Made by a program: the position numbers and the translations under genes | Notes under the pieces: generated by a model | Seen by the model: only the letters and a program-made list of their open reading frames with translations | What the model was told of the DNA's origin: nothing | Database searches by the model: none | Shown here: positions 34,034 to 46,274 of the stretch, piece by piece | Position numbering within the stretch: position 1 is the stretch's first letter | Layout of the letters: the number at the start of each line of letters is the position of its first letter | Assembly: GCA_965655095.1 (NCBI GenBank) | Contig: OZ296648.1 | Span: 6,076,001-6,140,000, forward strand | Reading direction: 5' to 3' | Source of the DNA: Haplodiscus bocki | Taxonomy: Eukaryota | DNA length: 64,000 bases

Positions 34034-37000
34034 TTACTGAACCAGGAACTTACTAGATGAATGCAACGATTCAAGTGCTCGTTGCAGAAAACCACGAGGC
34101 TCCGTTGTTGAATCGTTTTCGCTAGACGAGCTAGAAGCTAAACTTGTTGATGCTATTGAGGAGGAAGATGCTGTCGTGCACGATCCACTGTCAAGCGGCA
34201 ACGAATCGTTGGTAGTCGAAAAATCTAGAACCAAAACAGAGTTCAAAACCTGTTGGGGTAGGAAAGCTAACTGTGAGATAAATTTTGTAGAACAAAAAAA
34301 TAGACCTGGATTTTGATCTGTAGCTTCGACAACAGGTGTAGAAATTTTGTAATGCCCATATGCCAAAGATGAGACTCCGTTTTCAAGCAGGAACCGTTTA
34401 TCGTCGAATGAGCTGATTGCCACTTTATCAATTTCGTTGACCTTTATTTGATGACAGTGTGAGCGCAATTGTGTCATCGTTTTGATTACTTCTTTCTTTG
34501 AGAAAAAGCAGTTCCTAAATAAGTCGTGATTCAAAGTTTTTCTGACTGACTTTTGAACGCTTTTAGCGCTCTGCTTCTTCCCACCTACATAATCAATACT
34601 GTAAGAGTTTTGACCGTAGACAAACGACTTCACGCAGAACTTTACCTTGCAACTCGTCTGTCATCGTTAATGGTACTTTCTTATTTGTTGGATCATGCAA
34701 AATGTGTTCTTGCGGGTAATCCGAAAGGTCCAGTAGATGTTTGAAGGAAGCCATATCATTGTACAGATCGGGCGTTTCAATCAAATACAGGAGCGAATCA
34801 GTGTCTTCATGCTACTTTCAATTGACTGGACGAGTAACGAGGTACCATTTCCTCAATGGAATTTGTACAGTGATAATTTTGACAAGTCGAGAATAGAAGC
34901 ACCCACGGGGGTTGGTTTAGTCCATACCACAGACGAATTTTTGAACGACACGCAGACCAAATCCTGTCTTATAATTTGGAAAGATTTGAACGTTGCTCTC
35001 TGAGCGAAGGCTTCGGCTTGTTGAGGATTTGACACAAACTTTACTTTAGATCGCTTTCTCAAATTTTCCATCGTTTTTCCAAAACAAGCATTACTCATCA
35101 ACTTTCTCAAAATCATTCGTAGCCTGCTTCCGCATAACAGTATTTTTTTCAATGTAGACGCCCAACCATTTGCTTTGCTGAAATTCGCAAACACGATGCA
35201 ATTTTTCGACTATCAACCCGTGTTTGAAATAAAACTTGAGATTTTCATAATGACACACATAATTCTTTTTATCTAAAAGGGTTTCAATCAGCTTGGGAGT
35301 TTTGTTGGGTATAATGCCAAAAGTCTGTGCAAATGGTGAAAGCCATGAGGATCTTATACGTCGCTTCTCAGGAGCAAGTGGAAGTCCATTGTGAAGGTCG
35401 TGGAGATGTTGAGGATATTTGAGGTCCACTTCGACAAAATACCCTATTTTAGAACTTTCTGGAGTTTCCAAAATTTGTTTGACAGTTGTTTCTGAGTTCC
35501 ATCTGTAGTTTCCCCGAGGCATCATTTTTTGCATTGTGCCGGCATAGAGAGATGTTACATCATAAAATGCGCCGAATGTTGTTTTCTGACTTGGATCGAA
35601 TGTGTTGAGATGGGATTGTTCGCAGTAAAATGCCGCAACTCACCAACTCCATTGATGCCACGCTCAAAAAACAAAAGCATATCAACATCTTCCAGAAGTC
35701 CCAATTTCACTCTTGTCGAGATGAGCATAGACTCCCAACTCAAATTTGGAGCAGAGTGAAAGTGAGCGGGATCGAGCTGGTAAACGTTCAAGCAGACACT
35801 TCGAAACTTCTCAAATATATCAGCCAAAAGAAGCACATCAGTTTTTAGATAGACGTCGTGGTAGTCTCCCAAACTTTTGCAACCGAATTTTTTGTAGATG
35901 TCAAGTGCATGTTGATAATCTTGTAAGGTAATATCAACTTTACCAGTGAGGCTGTTTTTCCAAGAGTCACCGAAATCTGGTAAAGGCTCTTCAAATTTTG
36001 CGAAGCTGTCGAGGAAACTGTAAGGAAAGAAACCTTTTTGTGTTAGTTTACAGAACAAATGGTCCGGAATGTTCCAAAAAAATTCCTTGAGTAATAAGAA
36101 GTCGCCGGTTTTGAGTGTCTTCGCAAGATTGTCCAAACTTTGGGATACAAACTGGTAACTATCCAGGAAGCGCACGGATTGAAAGAGCTTTACAGTTTTC
36201 CCAGATTTCTTCGTGTATGAACCCACAGGCATATTGACACTGAAGGAAATGAAAGTTTCGTCGGTTTTGGCAATTGCGGAGAGTTCTTCGGATACTTTGA
36301 GCTTTAGCTGTTTCAGAATATGATGCGCATCGTATCTTGACAGATTATGGGAAAAGACAGGTAAAAAAATTGTAGTTCTGGCTCTCAAATTGCATTTTGA
36401 ATGAGCCACCCCAAAAAGTGTTCCAGAAAGATGACAATGGTGGATGACTCTTGCTGCTCTTTCAACGTCTTTAGCACATATACAACATAAAACAGTAGAA
36501 ACGTTTCGCATTCGCTGTTGCTGGGATATTCTCAAGAGTCTAAAAGCCTGCTTTTCGTTATAGCACCATAAGACCCAATCACGCAACGTGTCCAATAACT
36601 TTGCGATACAATCTTCTCCTCTGTAAAAACTCTGCTTAGCAATTCCATTGGCTAAAACAAAAACAGGAAATGAACATGAAGAAAGTGCTTTCTCCTGTAG
36701 CTGGTAGAAACGTTTAAACGAAAGATGTATTAAACTAGTATTTCGATAAAATAACTAACTTCTAGAATCAATGAGGACTGCTCCGAAACTAGCAGTTGTG
36801 ATACTGTCGTTCAATTTCTCTTGTCCGGCTTTTCACTCTCAGAATCTGTGTCGACGCAACATTCATTGCTTCGAGATCAGCATATACAACAAAAGGACAT
36901 TTCTGCGTTTTTCCCAACTAGCAAACTCGACAGATGGCGACTCGATAGGTATTCGAATCTCGAGTGGGGCGTTGCTCTCGCAAAAAAGTGCATGTTTGTG

Positions 37001-38188
37001 AAATTTGGTTTAACTATCGGTTGAAAGCAGTTTCGGCAAAATCGTGATTTTGGCCCTTTGTTTTGCTTCGATTTCGAGCGACAGAGAAAATGAATCAAAT
37101 TTGAGATGTTTTTTATCAAATAATAGTGACTATTTTTGTTCTCCAGTAAGCGCAGAAGGTCAATTTTGTGCCGTCCTTTTCGGTTCTTACTGTGATACAC
37201 TGACACAAGCCTGGAGTTCTCCAATTGATAAACATTGATTCAGCAGCGATTCCGCTTTTCAAACATAGGAATGGCGGACAGCGGCATTGGCATTAACTTC
37301 GGGTTGAAAGATAATCGTTCAATTTTTTTTTGTGAATCTTCGGACTATGAGGTCGCCCAACGAAAGAAAAAATTGCCGCTGCAATACAATAAAGGAAGCA
37401 AAAATTATCTCTCTTATTGACTACATTCAAAATGGAAATTTTCAAGGGTTTGAGGGTTGATGGTGTTTCTATATAAGAGCCCCCAGTGACATTGCCACAA
37501 GCAGCAGTTTTTATCTCCAGCTGTTTCATTGTTTCCACGACCCAACCTGAACCACCAGTGGCGAACACAATTCAATTGTGTCATCAATGCGTCAATGTGT
37601 TGCATATATTCGTCTTCAGTGAGCTCACAGGCAGTTCTACACATTGGCGAATTGACGAAAGCCTCAACGGCTTCACCTTCCATAGGCTTTTCCAGCCTGA
37701 CAGCGATGCTCATCCCAAGTTTCAAATTCGTAGTTTCTCTCAATAACGAGTTCACAAAAGATATAATTTTTTTCCCGCACGAGAATAAGGTAGTTGAACG
37801 GCTCCAAAACACTACTGTCATCCAACTTTAGTCAATGAATTCTAAATTTTGAATTCACTGCTTCTGTTGTGAAATCTAGCAAATCGGAGAAATCAACTTT
37901 CGCAGTGGAAGAAGATATATCGTTGTGATACTGCTCCTGATGATCAGTCAATGATTTCAACGCTCCAAAGTACGTGGGACAAGAGAAACAACGATAACTA
38001 CTGCCTGACTTGTGTTGGCTCCTGAGATGGCGCAATAAATTGCAAGATTTTGTGAAGGAAACCTCGCAGTGACCACATTTGAAAATTTTCGCAGAAACAT
38101 TCTCTTGGCAATTGTGTTTCTTTCGCTTGTGATCATTCAGAGCACGTTTTGAGCTCAATAATTTGTCACATTGATCACATGGAAACAT
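34034..38188 (-). pseudogene. Polinton 1 protein-primed family B DNA polymerase with N-terminal C2H2 zinc fingers (intron-containing, many frameshifts)
   Basis: 3x C2H2, GSGW, DNFCFLY, HHCHLSG...AHSKCNL, HNLSRYDAH, YLKTDVLLLADIFE, DVTSLY, KLMSNACFGK, DTDS and DDKR. Confidence 0.93.
36652..36759 (-). other. Predicted 108-nt GT-AG intron in Polinton 1 pPolB
   Basis: GTTAGT...TGTTTTAG, phase 1. Removal gives GAVLIDSR-T-NGIAKQSFYRGEDCIAKL. Confidence 0.8.
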
Positions 38189-38565
38189 TTTAGGGAGGTC
38201 TCGGAGAAAGAACTTGAAAAAGTCGTGGTCTCACTTGGAAAAGTAACAATTTTGCAAAAAAAAAAACGAGAAACGCACAAAAAAATTCTTGTTTTTTAGT
38301 TTCACTGGACCACGACTTTTTACCCTGCTGGTTCACGTTTTTCCAATAACGTTGAGTTTTCAACAGTACAATAACGTTAATATGCCTAACAGTAGATTTT
38401 TTGAAAGTTGGCCGTTGAAACGTTTGAGAAATTAAATTTATAAAATTCTTCGTTTTCGGCGCAATAGTTAAGAAAACGGGTTATCAGAATGAAACTGTCA
38501 AAATGACAGCTAATAATCAGTTTTTGTTGTTTTTGTTCAGTTTTGGTACCCTACACTGAAACCAA

Positions 38566-38734
38566 CTTAGAAAGATTAAATGGTAGAAGAATTTTGACAG
38601 TTGGATTGCTAACTGTCAAAATAGTCAACAAAATTCAGTTGAGGTTGATCTTGTACTTTGAACTCTTTGACTTAGAAAGTTTTCGGCTTGGGAGTCAAAA
38701 ATTGCATTTAACCCCCCCCCCCTTCCTTACTACT
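38566..38734 (-). repeat. Right TIR of Polinton 1
   Basis: Ends ...ccttccttactact, followed by the TSD tctatt. Confidence 0.92.
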
Positions 38735-39361
38735 TCTATTAATTTTGCATTTTGTGATAGCCTCAGCGTTCCAGCTGCTTGCTGCCCAATTCATCGTTAC
38801 CCAATATACCGATATGTTATTAAATTAATTTATAGATTTCATTGAAAATCTGGATTGTCAATCACAAATTTGCGAAATGAGAAGATCCCAAAGTAAGCCG
38901 AGTTTAATCGGATGCGAAGTGAGGCCAGGCATCGGTAAGTAATATTAATCAAAGTGTCTAATTCAAATTGTACTTGGTTAAGCTAGTTAGTTTAGATATA
39001 AACAAGGAGAAGCTCAGCGTTTTATCACCACTTGTTCAAATATTGCACATGTGCGCCTAGGTTCATTCCCGGAAACTTAAGATATGTCAAACTTAGAGCA
39101 TTTCAGTGCCTGACCTTTGATGAAATGAAATTCGAGAGCAATTCGTCCAATTTTGATGTGGGCATTTGAGGAGCTTCTTTGCCTCTATGAAAGCAAGAGC
39201 TTAAAGACTGGCACAAATGTGATGCCCCTATTATATATACGCTATACCAAAAATTTTGCTTTCACTATTTGAAAGTAAGTAGGTTGACTACTACCGTAAT
39301 TGTTTTTTAGGATTTGGGGAAAATATTAATTTTACGAAGAACATCAATTTTACGAAGTCCT

Positions 39362-39441
39362 TATGGTGTTACTCGGTTTTCATTTTTTAAACGCTGTTTC
39401 GTACCTATGGTGTTACTCGGTTTTCATTTTTAAACGCTGTT
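39362..39441. repeat. ~45-bp direct tandem duplication
   Basis: tatggtgttactcggttttcattttt(t)aaacgctgttt occurs twice. Confidence 0.85.
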
Positions 39442-39989
39442 TGGTACGACATTTTGCGACCTCGTCCGAAATAAGGAATTCCGTGCTACATTTAAAAAAG
39501 TTATTTTTTTTTCAAAAGGCAGCAAAGCAGCGTGAGAGCACAAGAGTGACAGTACTGGTGAGAGCGCGCAAATCAAGAAAAGTTGATTTTTTTTTGTTCC
39601 AAGTCAATATACATTCAAAAGTGTAAAACCTGCGAACTTTTGAATTCATTTATCGCAATGCGCGGAAACAAGGATTATGGTCATCCCTAAATATTGCCAC
39701 AGTCTTAACTACATTAGGCGGATATGTTTTCCTTTGAGAAGACAAATATCGATTTTTTTTGTGAAAGCCCCCTCTGTTGCTTATTTTTCGCCGTATATGA
39801 AATATACAAGAAAGATTATTCATTCAGTACAGTGTACAGTGGGGTCAATTTTTTTTCCAGTGCAAAATTGCCAACTCTTTTTATTCAAAAATAAATGACA
39901 GCGGTAGTGTTAGGACAACAGCGTTCTCAAGCAGTAGGTTTGGGGTTCGAGTCTCTGTCGTGCTAAATATTTTTACGATTTATCCCTAA

Positions 39990-40580
39990 CATTTTTCGAT
40001 ACCCGAATTTATTGAATTACTAAAGGATTCACCTACGAACTTTCTCGGGAGTGTGAGACAAAAAATTTTCGACGGAATATTTTGATACTCCCCCCTTCTT
40101 ATCCAAACTTTTTCGGTACCCGAAATTAATGCAACAGTAAAGGATTCCCTACGGAGATTTTCGGCACTGTGAGACAAAAAAATTTCGACGGAAAATCTTG
40201 ATACTCCCCTCCCCCCTCTTGTCCATAAACTTTTTCGCTACCGGAAATTAATGCAACAGTAAAGGATTCCCTACGGAGATTCTCGGCACTGTGAGACAAA
40301 AAAATTTCGACGGAAAATCTTGATACTCCCCTCCCCCCTCTTGTCCATAAACTTTTTCGCTACCGGAAATTGATGCAACAGTAAAGGATTCCCCTACGGA
40401 AATTTTCGGCACTGTGAGACAAAAAAATTTCGACGGAAAATCTTGATACTCCCCTCCCCCCTCTTATCCATAAACTTTTTCGCTACCGGAAATTTTCTGA
40501 AACACAGCACAGAAGGGTTCCTCTTCGAAATTTTTCGGTATTGTGAGACAAAACAATTTGGACGGAAAATCGTGATACCC
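39990..40580. repeat. ~122-bp satellite (~4.5 units) in ABCA intron 1
   Basis: Unit aaggattccctacgga...ggcactgtgagacaaaaaatttcgacggaaaatcttgatactcccc recurs near 40023, 40140, 40262, 40385 and 40513. Confidence 0.9.
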
Positions 40581-41089
40581 TTTTGCATAAAGTACAGAAA
40601 TCAGTGGTCAAATTGATGTTTGTAAAAACTCTTTGAAAACTAATATCAAAACAGTAGTTTTGTTTTTAACCGTTTGCAAAAGTTGATCAAAATATTTGTA
40701 GTTGGGCGAAAAATATGCTGGTGCTAGCCGGCCGTCTTGTTCCATTTTTCTGAAAGCACAACCAAAAGTTTTGTAGTGCCACCTCTTTGCGCATACTAGA
40801 AAAACTGTCGGAAACGCCAACACGATAACTTCACAAATCAAAACTGTCACAAAAAGGCTCCTTACTGGGAAAATTGAACTTCACGGGCGGGCGGCGCCGA
40901 GTCGGAATTTTTTTGTTTATTCGTTCTTTCATCGTGTCGACGTGATTACTTTTTAAAGGAAAAGTGACTGAGCTTACCCTGTGTGGCTGTTTGAGGTGAT
41001 TATTTTAAAGCTGAAGTTTCGAAATCAACTCAACGGGTTGTTCCAGAATGTAGTTTTCAAACTTAAATGAGAACTGCAATTATTTACAG

Positions 41090-41641
41090 GGCAACGATTA
41101 ATTTCGAACAATCGAATTGGCTGGTCGGAGTCAATACCAAACTTTGTGATTTGTTGGACAAGGACACAAATTTGCAAGTGAAGTCGCCCATGCTCAGTTT
41201 AAGCAATAAACGGTATGTATTCTCAAAGTGGGACACTTTCAGTTTCAGCGTCTTTCTCTTCTACTGCATCGTGCTCTCAGAACTGCACCAGGACAAAATT
41301 CGCAGAACCGACGAGTTCCTCTGGTCTTTGGGAGTTTCATCTTTCGAGAAGATGGTTTCCTGGTACATTTCCATCATTCTTCAAGCCATGTTGTGGTCTG
41401 CCATTAATTTTGTGCAGTTCGCACCCCAAATTTTGGACTTCGAAACAAACATCGTGTTTTTGTGGTTTCTCTATTCCTTGGTTTTTTTCTCAACCGCAAT
41501 TTGGGCGTTTGTTACGTCCAAGTTTGTGAAAGGAACGCTGTCCTATATTCTGGCAGTCATGCATATGCTACTTTTCTGGCTGTTCGTTGTTATCTATTTC
41601 TTCATTGCCGAGCAACCATTGCCCCAATCGAAAGCTTTGAG
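41090..41641 (+). CDS. ABCA transporter exon 2 (TMD1)
   Basis: Acceptor TTTACAG| and donor AG|GTTAGC. Several TM helices with an ABCA-like E...K....E.L..LGVS......SW segment. Confidence 0.85.
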
Positions 41642-41990
41642 GTTAGCTTGTTACTGTATTGTAATAGGTTAACTTTTCAACAATTTGAAAAGTGCATTTT
41701 TAGCATAAGAAAAGAAAAAATTCATTTTTACAACAGGAAGTGTAAGGTAATCAGTATCATTAATTTAACGCAACAACGAAGGGCGTACCAGACAGAAGTG
41801 AACGCTCATTAATACACCTTTGAAGAGAGCTCTAATTCATTTTTCAGAAAATCATAGTTGTTGAGAACTTTATCTGTCAATTTCTCTAAAGCAAAATTTC
41901 TTCCATATAAAGCCTAATTCGCAGAATATTTATGCGATGTTCGTATGTATCATACGTATCACATCGTTTATAAACAACACCTTGTTTCAG

Positions 41991-44317
41991 GTACCTTCTG
42001 CTTGTGCACCCCATTCCCCAATCGGTGAACATCTTCAAATTGGCAACCGCGGCCGAGTTTTCGAAACTGGGTTTGAAGGTCTCCACTCTGACTTCCTTCT
42101 TTGGAATGCCCACTGACTGGTTTTTTGGAAACGGACTCGAAACTTTTCTTCTCATGTTCCTTTCATCGCTGGCTTGCACCATTTTGTTTCTGATTAATTT
42201 CGAATACCTGTATCAGCAATTGCTGTCTTTGGTCAAGTCAAAAGCTTTTGTTAACACCGATTTCGATTGCGCGGCAGCTGCAAAAGTTGAAGCTGTCCGA
42301 AATGAATTTGGCCCTCTTGTGGAAGTACAGAACCTTTCAAAGGTTTATCCAAACGGTTTTCAAGCTGTATCAAATGTCTCCTTTTCCATCTACCCTGGAG
42401 AAATGATTGGACTTCTTGGGAAAAACGGAGCTGGAAAATCGACGACCATGAATGTCATTGCGGGCTTCCATGAAGCGACCGCGGGAAAGGTTCTCGTTAA
42501 CGGGATCGACATCAGCACCAACAGAAACGAAGCCATTGGAACTTTGTCCTTTTGTCCTCAAGAAGACAGATTTTTCTTCAGACTCACAGTTTTGGAACAT
42601 CTGAAGTTCGTGTGTATGTTGAAAGGTACAAAGTACGACTCCAGTCGCGCCATGCAACTTCTGAAAGAATTGGGCATAGAGCAGAAGTCGGGAGCGAAAC
42701 CCAGAAACATTTCCGGAGGCCAGAAGAGACGCGTTTGCATCGCGATGGCCTACGTTGCCAACTCGCCTCTGATCATTTTGGACGAGCCCACCTCTGCCGT
42801 GGACGCTGCTACCCGCAAGACGCTTTGGTCTTTCTTTCAAAACAAACAAAAGGAGAACCCTGAACAAGCCGTCATCTTGTGCACCCATTTCATGCAGGAA
42901 GCCGACGTCCTTTCCCAGAGAATCGCTATCATTTCTGATGGAATTCTTCGCGCTTTTGGCAGCTCGGCATATCTGAAAGGTCTGTTTGGTGTAGGATACA
43001 CTGTCTCCTTCAGCTCAGAACATTACAGAGAAGTTGAAAAAATTGTTCGTGGTGCTTTGAACCAAGAAACGAAATTTCGAGAAGTTTCAGAAACAGAATC
43101 CGCGTTTCAGGTTCCGATGGAATATTCCTCTATGCTATGCTCAGTATTGGCCGAGCTTGAAAAACGAAACATCGTGTACAACTTCAACGCGTCGACTTTG
43201 GAAAACGTTTTTGTTGTGCTGTCAACTTCGCCAGATTTAGCCGACCACGGGCGTCAACAAAGAGACGATTCGGCAGATGGAGTTATAAATGGATCTTGTG
43301 ATACAGTTGAGGAAGCAAGTGAGATGATTTCACCACGTGAAAAACCGAAAGACATCTTTTTCTTGTTAGAAGCATTCTTTCTTCAATTCAAGTTCTCGAT
43401 ATTGGTTGACTTCATTCGACTATTCCGCAAAAACTGGACATTCTTCCTGGGTTACACGATAGTTTTCTTCCTGCTTCCTCAACTTGTGCTGCTGCTCTGC
43501 CAAATAGACAGTCTAATTGAAGACTCGAACCCTTTGGACGATGGAAATGTTACCATTAACATGTATTCTATAAACAAGAACCCAAAAGTTGCTGTTTTAG
43601 GAAACGTGTCTGTTGAAAAACTTGAAGAACTTCGCGCTGCTATCGGAGATCCGGCAATCCACTTTGATGCACAATACACCGAAGAGGATTTTCTAAATGC
43701 GTATTTGAACCATCCCATGAACTTCTACGACAAGTATCCTTTCATGGTTTCTTACGATAGAAACTCTGAAAAATTTAGGTGTGTTGTCAATTCTAATTTT
43801 GACAGCAGCGAATCGCTTTGCAAAATGGCGATGATCAATTTGTACAACACTGAGACAGGCAACCGTGTAAATGTTGAAATGAAATTGTTTCGAGATGAAG
43901 ATTTCTACGAATATTCATATTACTGGAACAATGATGATGATGATAAAGATAGACCCAGCAATCGAGATATTTGCAGAGGGTCTATTTACTACTATCTGGT
44001 ACCTGTAATCTATTTCTGCTTGCTGTTTCATATTCTAAGACTAGAGGCCCAACGCAACGAAATGGGTCTATCCCCGTTTTACATCGCGAACGGGGCAAAC
44101 CCAATGTATTCCCTGTTCAACCGCATCGCTGGATTGATTATAATCATTCTGGTATACCTGATTGCTTTTGTAATTTTGGGACACTTAGCTGGATATGGAT
44201 TCGCTTTTACTAACAACCATGCAATGGCACCGGCGCTCAGTGGAAAGAATATCGCATACTTTTTCTTGTTTGCAATATCGTTTGCATGTTTCGCGATACT
44301 CTTTGGAAAACTCACAG
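41991..44317 (+). CDS. ABCA transporter exon 3 (NBD1, regulatory domain, start of TMD2)
   Basis: GKNGAGKST, FCPQ, ISGGQKRR, IILDEPTSAVD, THFMQEAD, GS..YLK..FGVGY and TLENVF. Acceptor TTTCAG|, donor G|GTAAAG. Confidence 0.95.
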
Positions 44318-44642
44318 GTAAAGATGTTCTGTATGCCTTGTCGCTGATTAATTTTGAACTTAGTTCTGGGAAAGAAGTGACCTTAGTTTAGCAAATGATC
44401 GAAAAACAAAATCCGTTGTTAGATTGTCTATACTTCGAAATGTTCCCATTGATCATGCTAATTTATTTGGAGATGGAGAAAATTAATATTTTTTTCATTG
44501 AAGTAGAATTCACCTCTGATTTTTATTTTCCATTGAGCAAGTGTTACATTTTCAAAATTTTGAGCTGGGAATTGTTCAACAGCGCAAGTTGTGTTCAAGG
44601 TTTTGTGAAATTGAAAGTAATGAATTGCACTCTTTTCTACAG

Positions 44643-45542
44643 GCACTGTCGTCCTATTGCTATTGGTGACTGCAATCTCCGGAGTGTTGTACATGATTTT
44701 TTTCGGGGTGAAAACGTACAGAGTCTCGGCATTGAAAGTCTCCAAGTGGTTCTGTCTTCTGGTGTACCCCGGATACATATTACCGGTCGGCTCATTTGGA
44801 ATGCTATACTCCTATGAAACTAAAGAAAGCGACAAAGAAATTCTTGTGAGTCTATGTGTCCAAATTGCTGTTTATCTCCTTCTAATCGTGTTGACTGAGT
44901 CGCTGGCTCTACGGTTCCTCATAAATGCGATCTCAAAGCTCATAGGACGGGGAACATATCGACCAATGACGTCACCAGATGATGACGTAGCTGTTTTTGT
45001 TCACGACGTGAGCCACACTTACTTCTCGATGGAGCTGGAAATCCCATGTTGTTGCTGTTGCAAATCGAAGAACCAAAAATGTTCCGTTTTCAAATTGACA
45101 CGGGCCCTCAAAGGGATGTCAATTCAGGTTCCCAAGAATACTTGCTACGCGCTGCTGGGGGTGAACGGAGCTGGAAAAAGCACCATGTTTGAGATTCTTA
45201 CTGGCGGGAATCGTTTACAGAAAGGGCATGTGTCTATTTTAAACAATTCCCTGCTATGGAAACCTCTCACTATTCTAAAAGACATTGGATATTGTTCCCA
45301 GAAAGACAAGATTCCGGGTTACTTGACGGGTAATACAATCTTGCATTTGTTTGGCCAGTTGCGAGGGTTGAGCGATGACGTAATCGAGACTCAGAAAGAG
45401 TACATGGTGGAAGTGATGGACGTGGGCAGTCACATGGACAAGCTCATCAGTGGATGCAGCGGAGGAACTAAACGCAAAATATCAACAATGGTCGCTTTCA
45501 TCGGATTCCCCAAAATCATCATACTGGATGAAAGCACCACAG
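44643..45542 (+). CDS. ABCA transporter exon 4 (end of TMD2, NBD2)
   Basis: LLGVNGAGKST, IGYCSQ, CSGGTKRK and IIILDESTT. Acceptor TTCTACAG|, donor G|GTAAAG. Confidence 0.93.
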
Positions 45543-45786
45543 GTAAAGATTTGGTTACTTGGAAAGAAGTTTATTTTGGCAGATACTATGAAATTAAATG
45601 TATAAACGAAATTATTTAAATATACTTGTTACGTTCGCATGTAATATTCAACGCACCATCCCAACTGAGCAGCACCCGTATCGAAGCTGCATATTGTCTA
45701 ATCGAAATATATAACGGTTTCAGCAAGCCCGGTAAGATCAAGGCGGGCGCTGCCCGTAAGATTCAATGGGTAAGGAGGGTGGTACC

Positions 45787-45897
45787 AGTAGTAAGGTTAG
45801 GGTGGGGGGTGTTCGCACCGTATATGGCTCCCAATAAATTTTCTCTATCTTGACAGCTAAATATACAGAAATATCGCCTGCAAACATTCAACTAACA
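45787..45897 (+). repeat. Left TIR of Polinton 2
   Basis: Reverse complement of ~60389-60495 with a few mismatches and one indel. Confidence 0.92.
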
Positions 45898-46274
45898 TGT
45901 TTGACAGCTCATTCAACAGTATGTAAACTTTCCCTAGTTTCTACCAAAATCGACCCTACGTTCTCAAATTATCCTAAGATGAACGTTCTACTGTCTCTTC
46001 AAACTCTTTGAATGCTCTGTTCCCCAATTCAGTTTCATCATCCAAATTTGATCAGATTTCTAATACCACGGACCTCATTCCATTAATAAAGACTATACAT
46101 ATAGTGATTTTGAAACAGAAAAGGTACACAGTGCAGGGTTTCCTGGCAAAATTACTTTCATGAAAAACGAATCCACGTTTTCGATATTTGAAAAATCTTG
46201 CTGAAAAATTCCATTGAAAAGTGCGTTCAAAATGCCCACTTTCCATAGTTTTTACACCTAAATTAGATGTAATA

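Larger units (their letters stand above)
24466..38734 (+). mobile_element. Polinton/Maverick endogenous DNA virus 1 (14.3 kb, complete ends, decaying)
   Basis: AGTAGT...ACTACT termini, terminal inverted repeats and a 6-bp TSD TCTATT (24460-24465 / 38735-38740). Encodes pPolB, integrase, ATPase, protease, and major and minor capsid proteins. Confidence 0.97.

Noticed and set aside
39900-39965. Functional tRNA gene
   Set aside because: Only a B-box-like motif; I could not fold a full cloverleaf.
39990-40580. Regularly spaced repeats resembling a CRISPR array (also the 110-bp arrays)
   Set aside because: Whole units repeat with no unique spacers, there are no cas genes, and the context is eukaryotic. 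These are satellites.
44395-44642. ORFs 44395-44817 and 44458-44778 as separate genes
   Set aside because: They overlap ABCA intron 3 and exon 4 in other frames and show no motifs.
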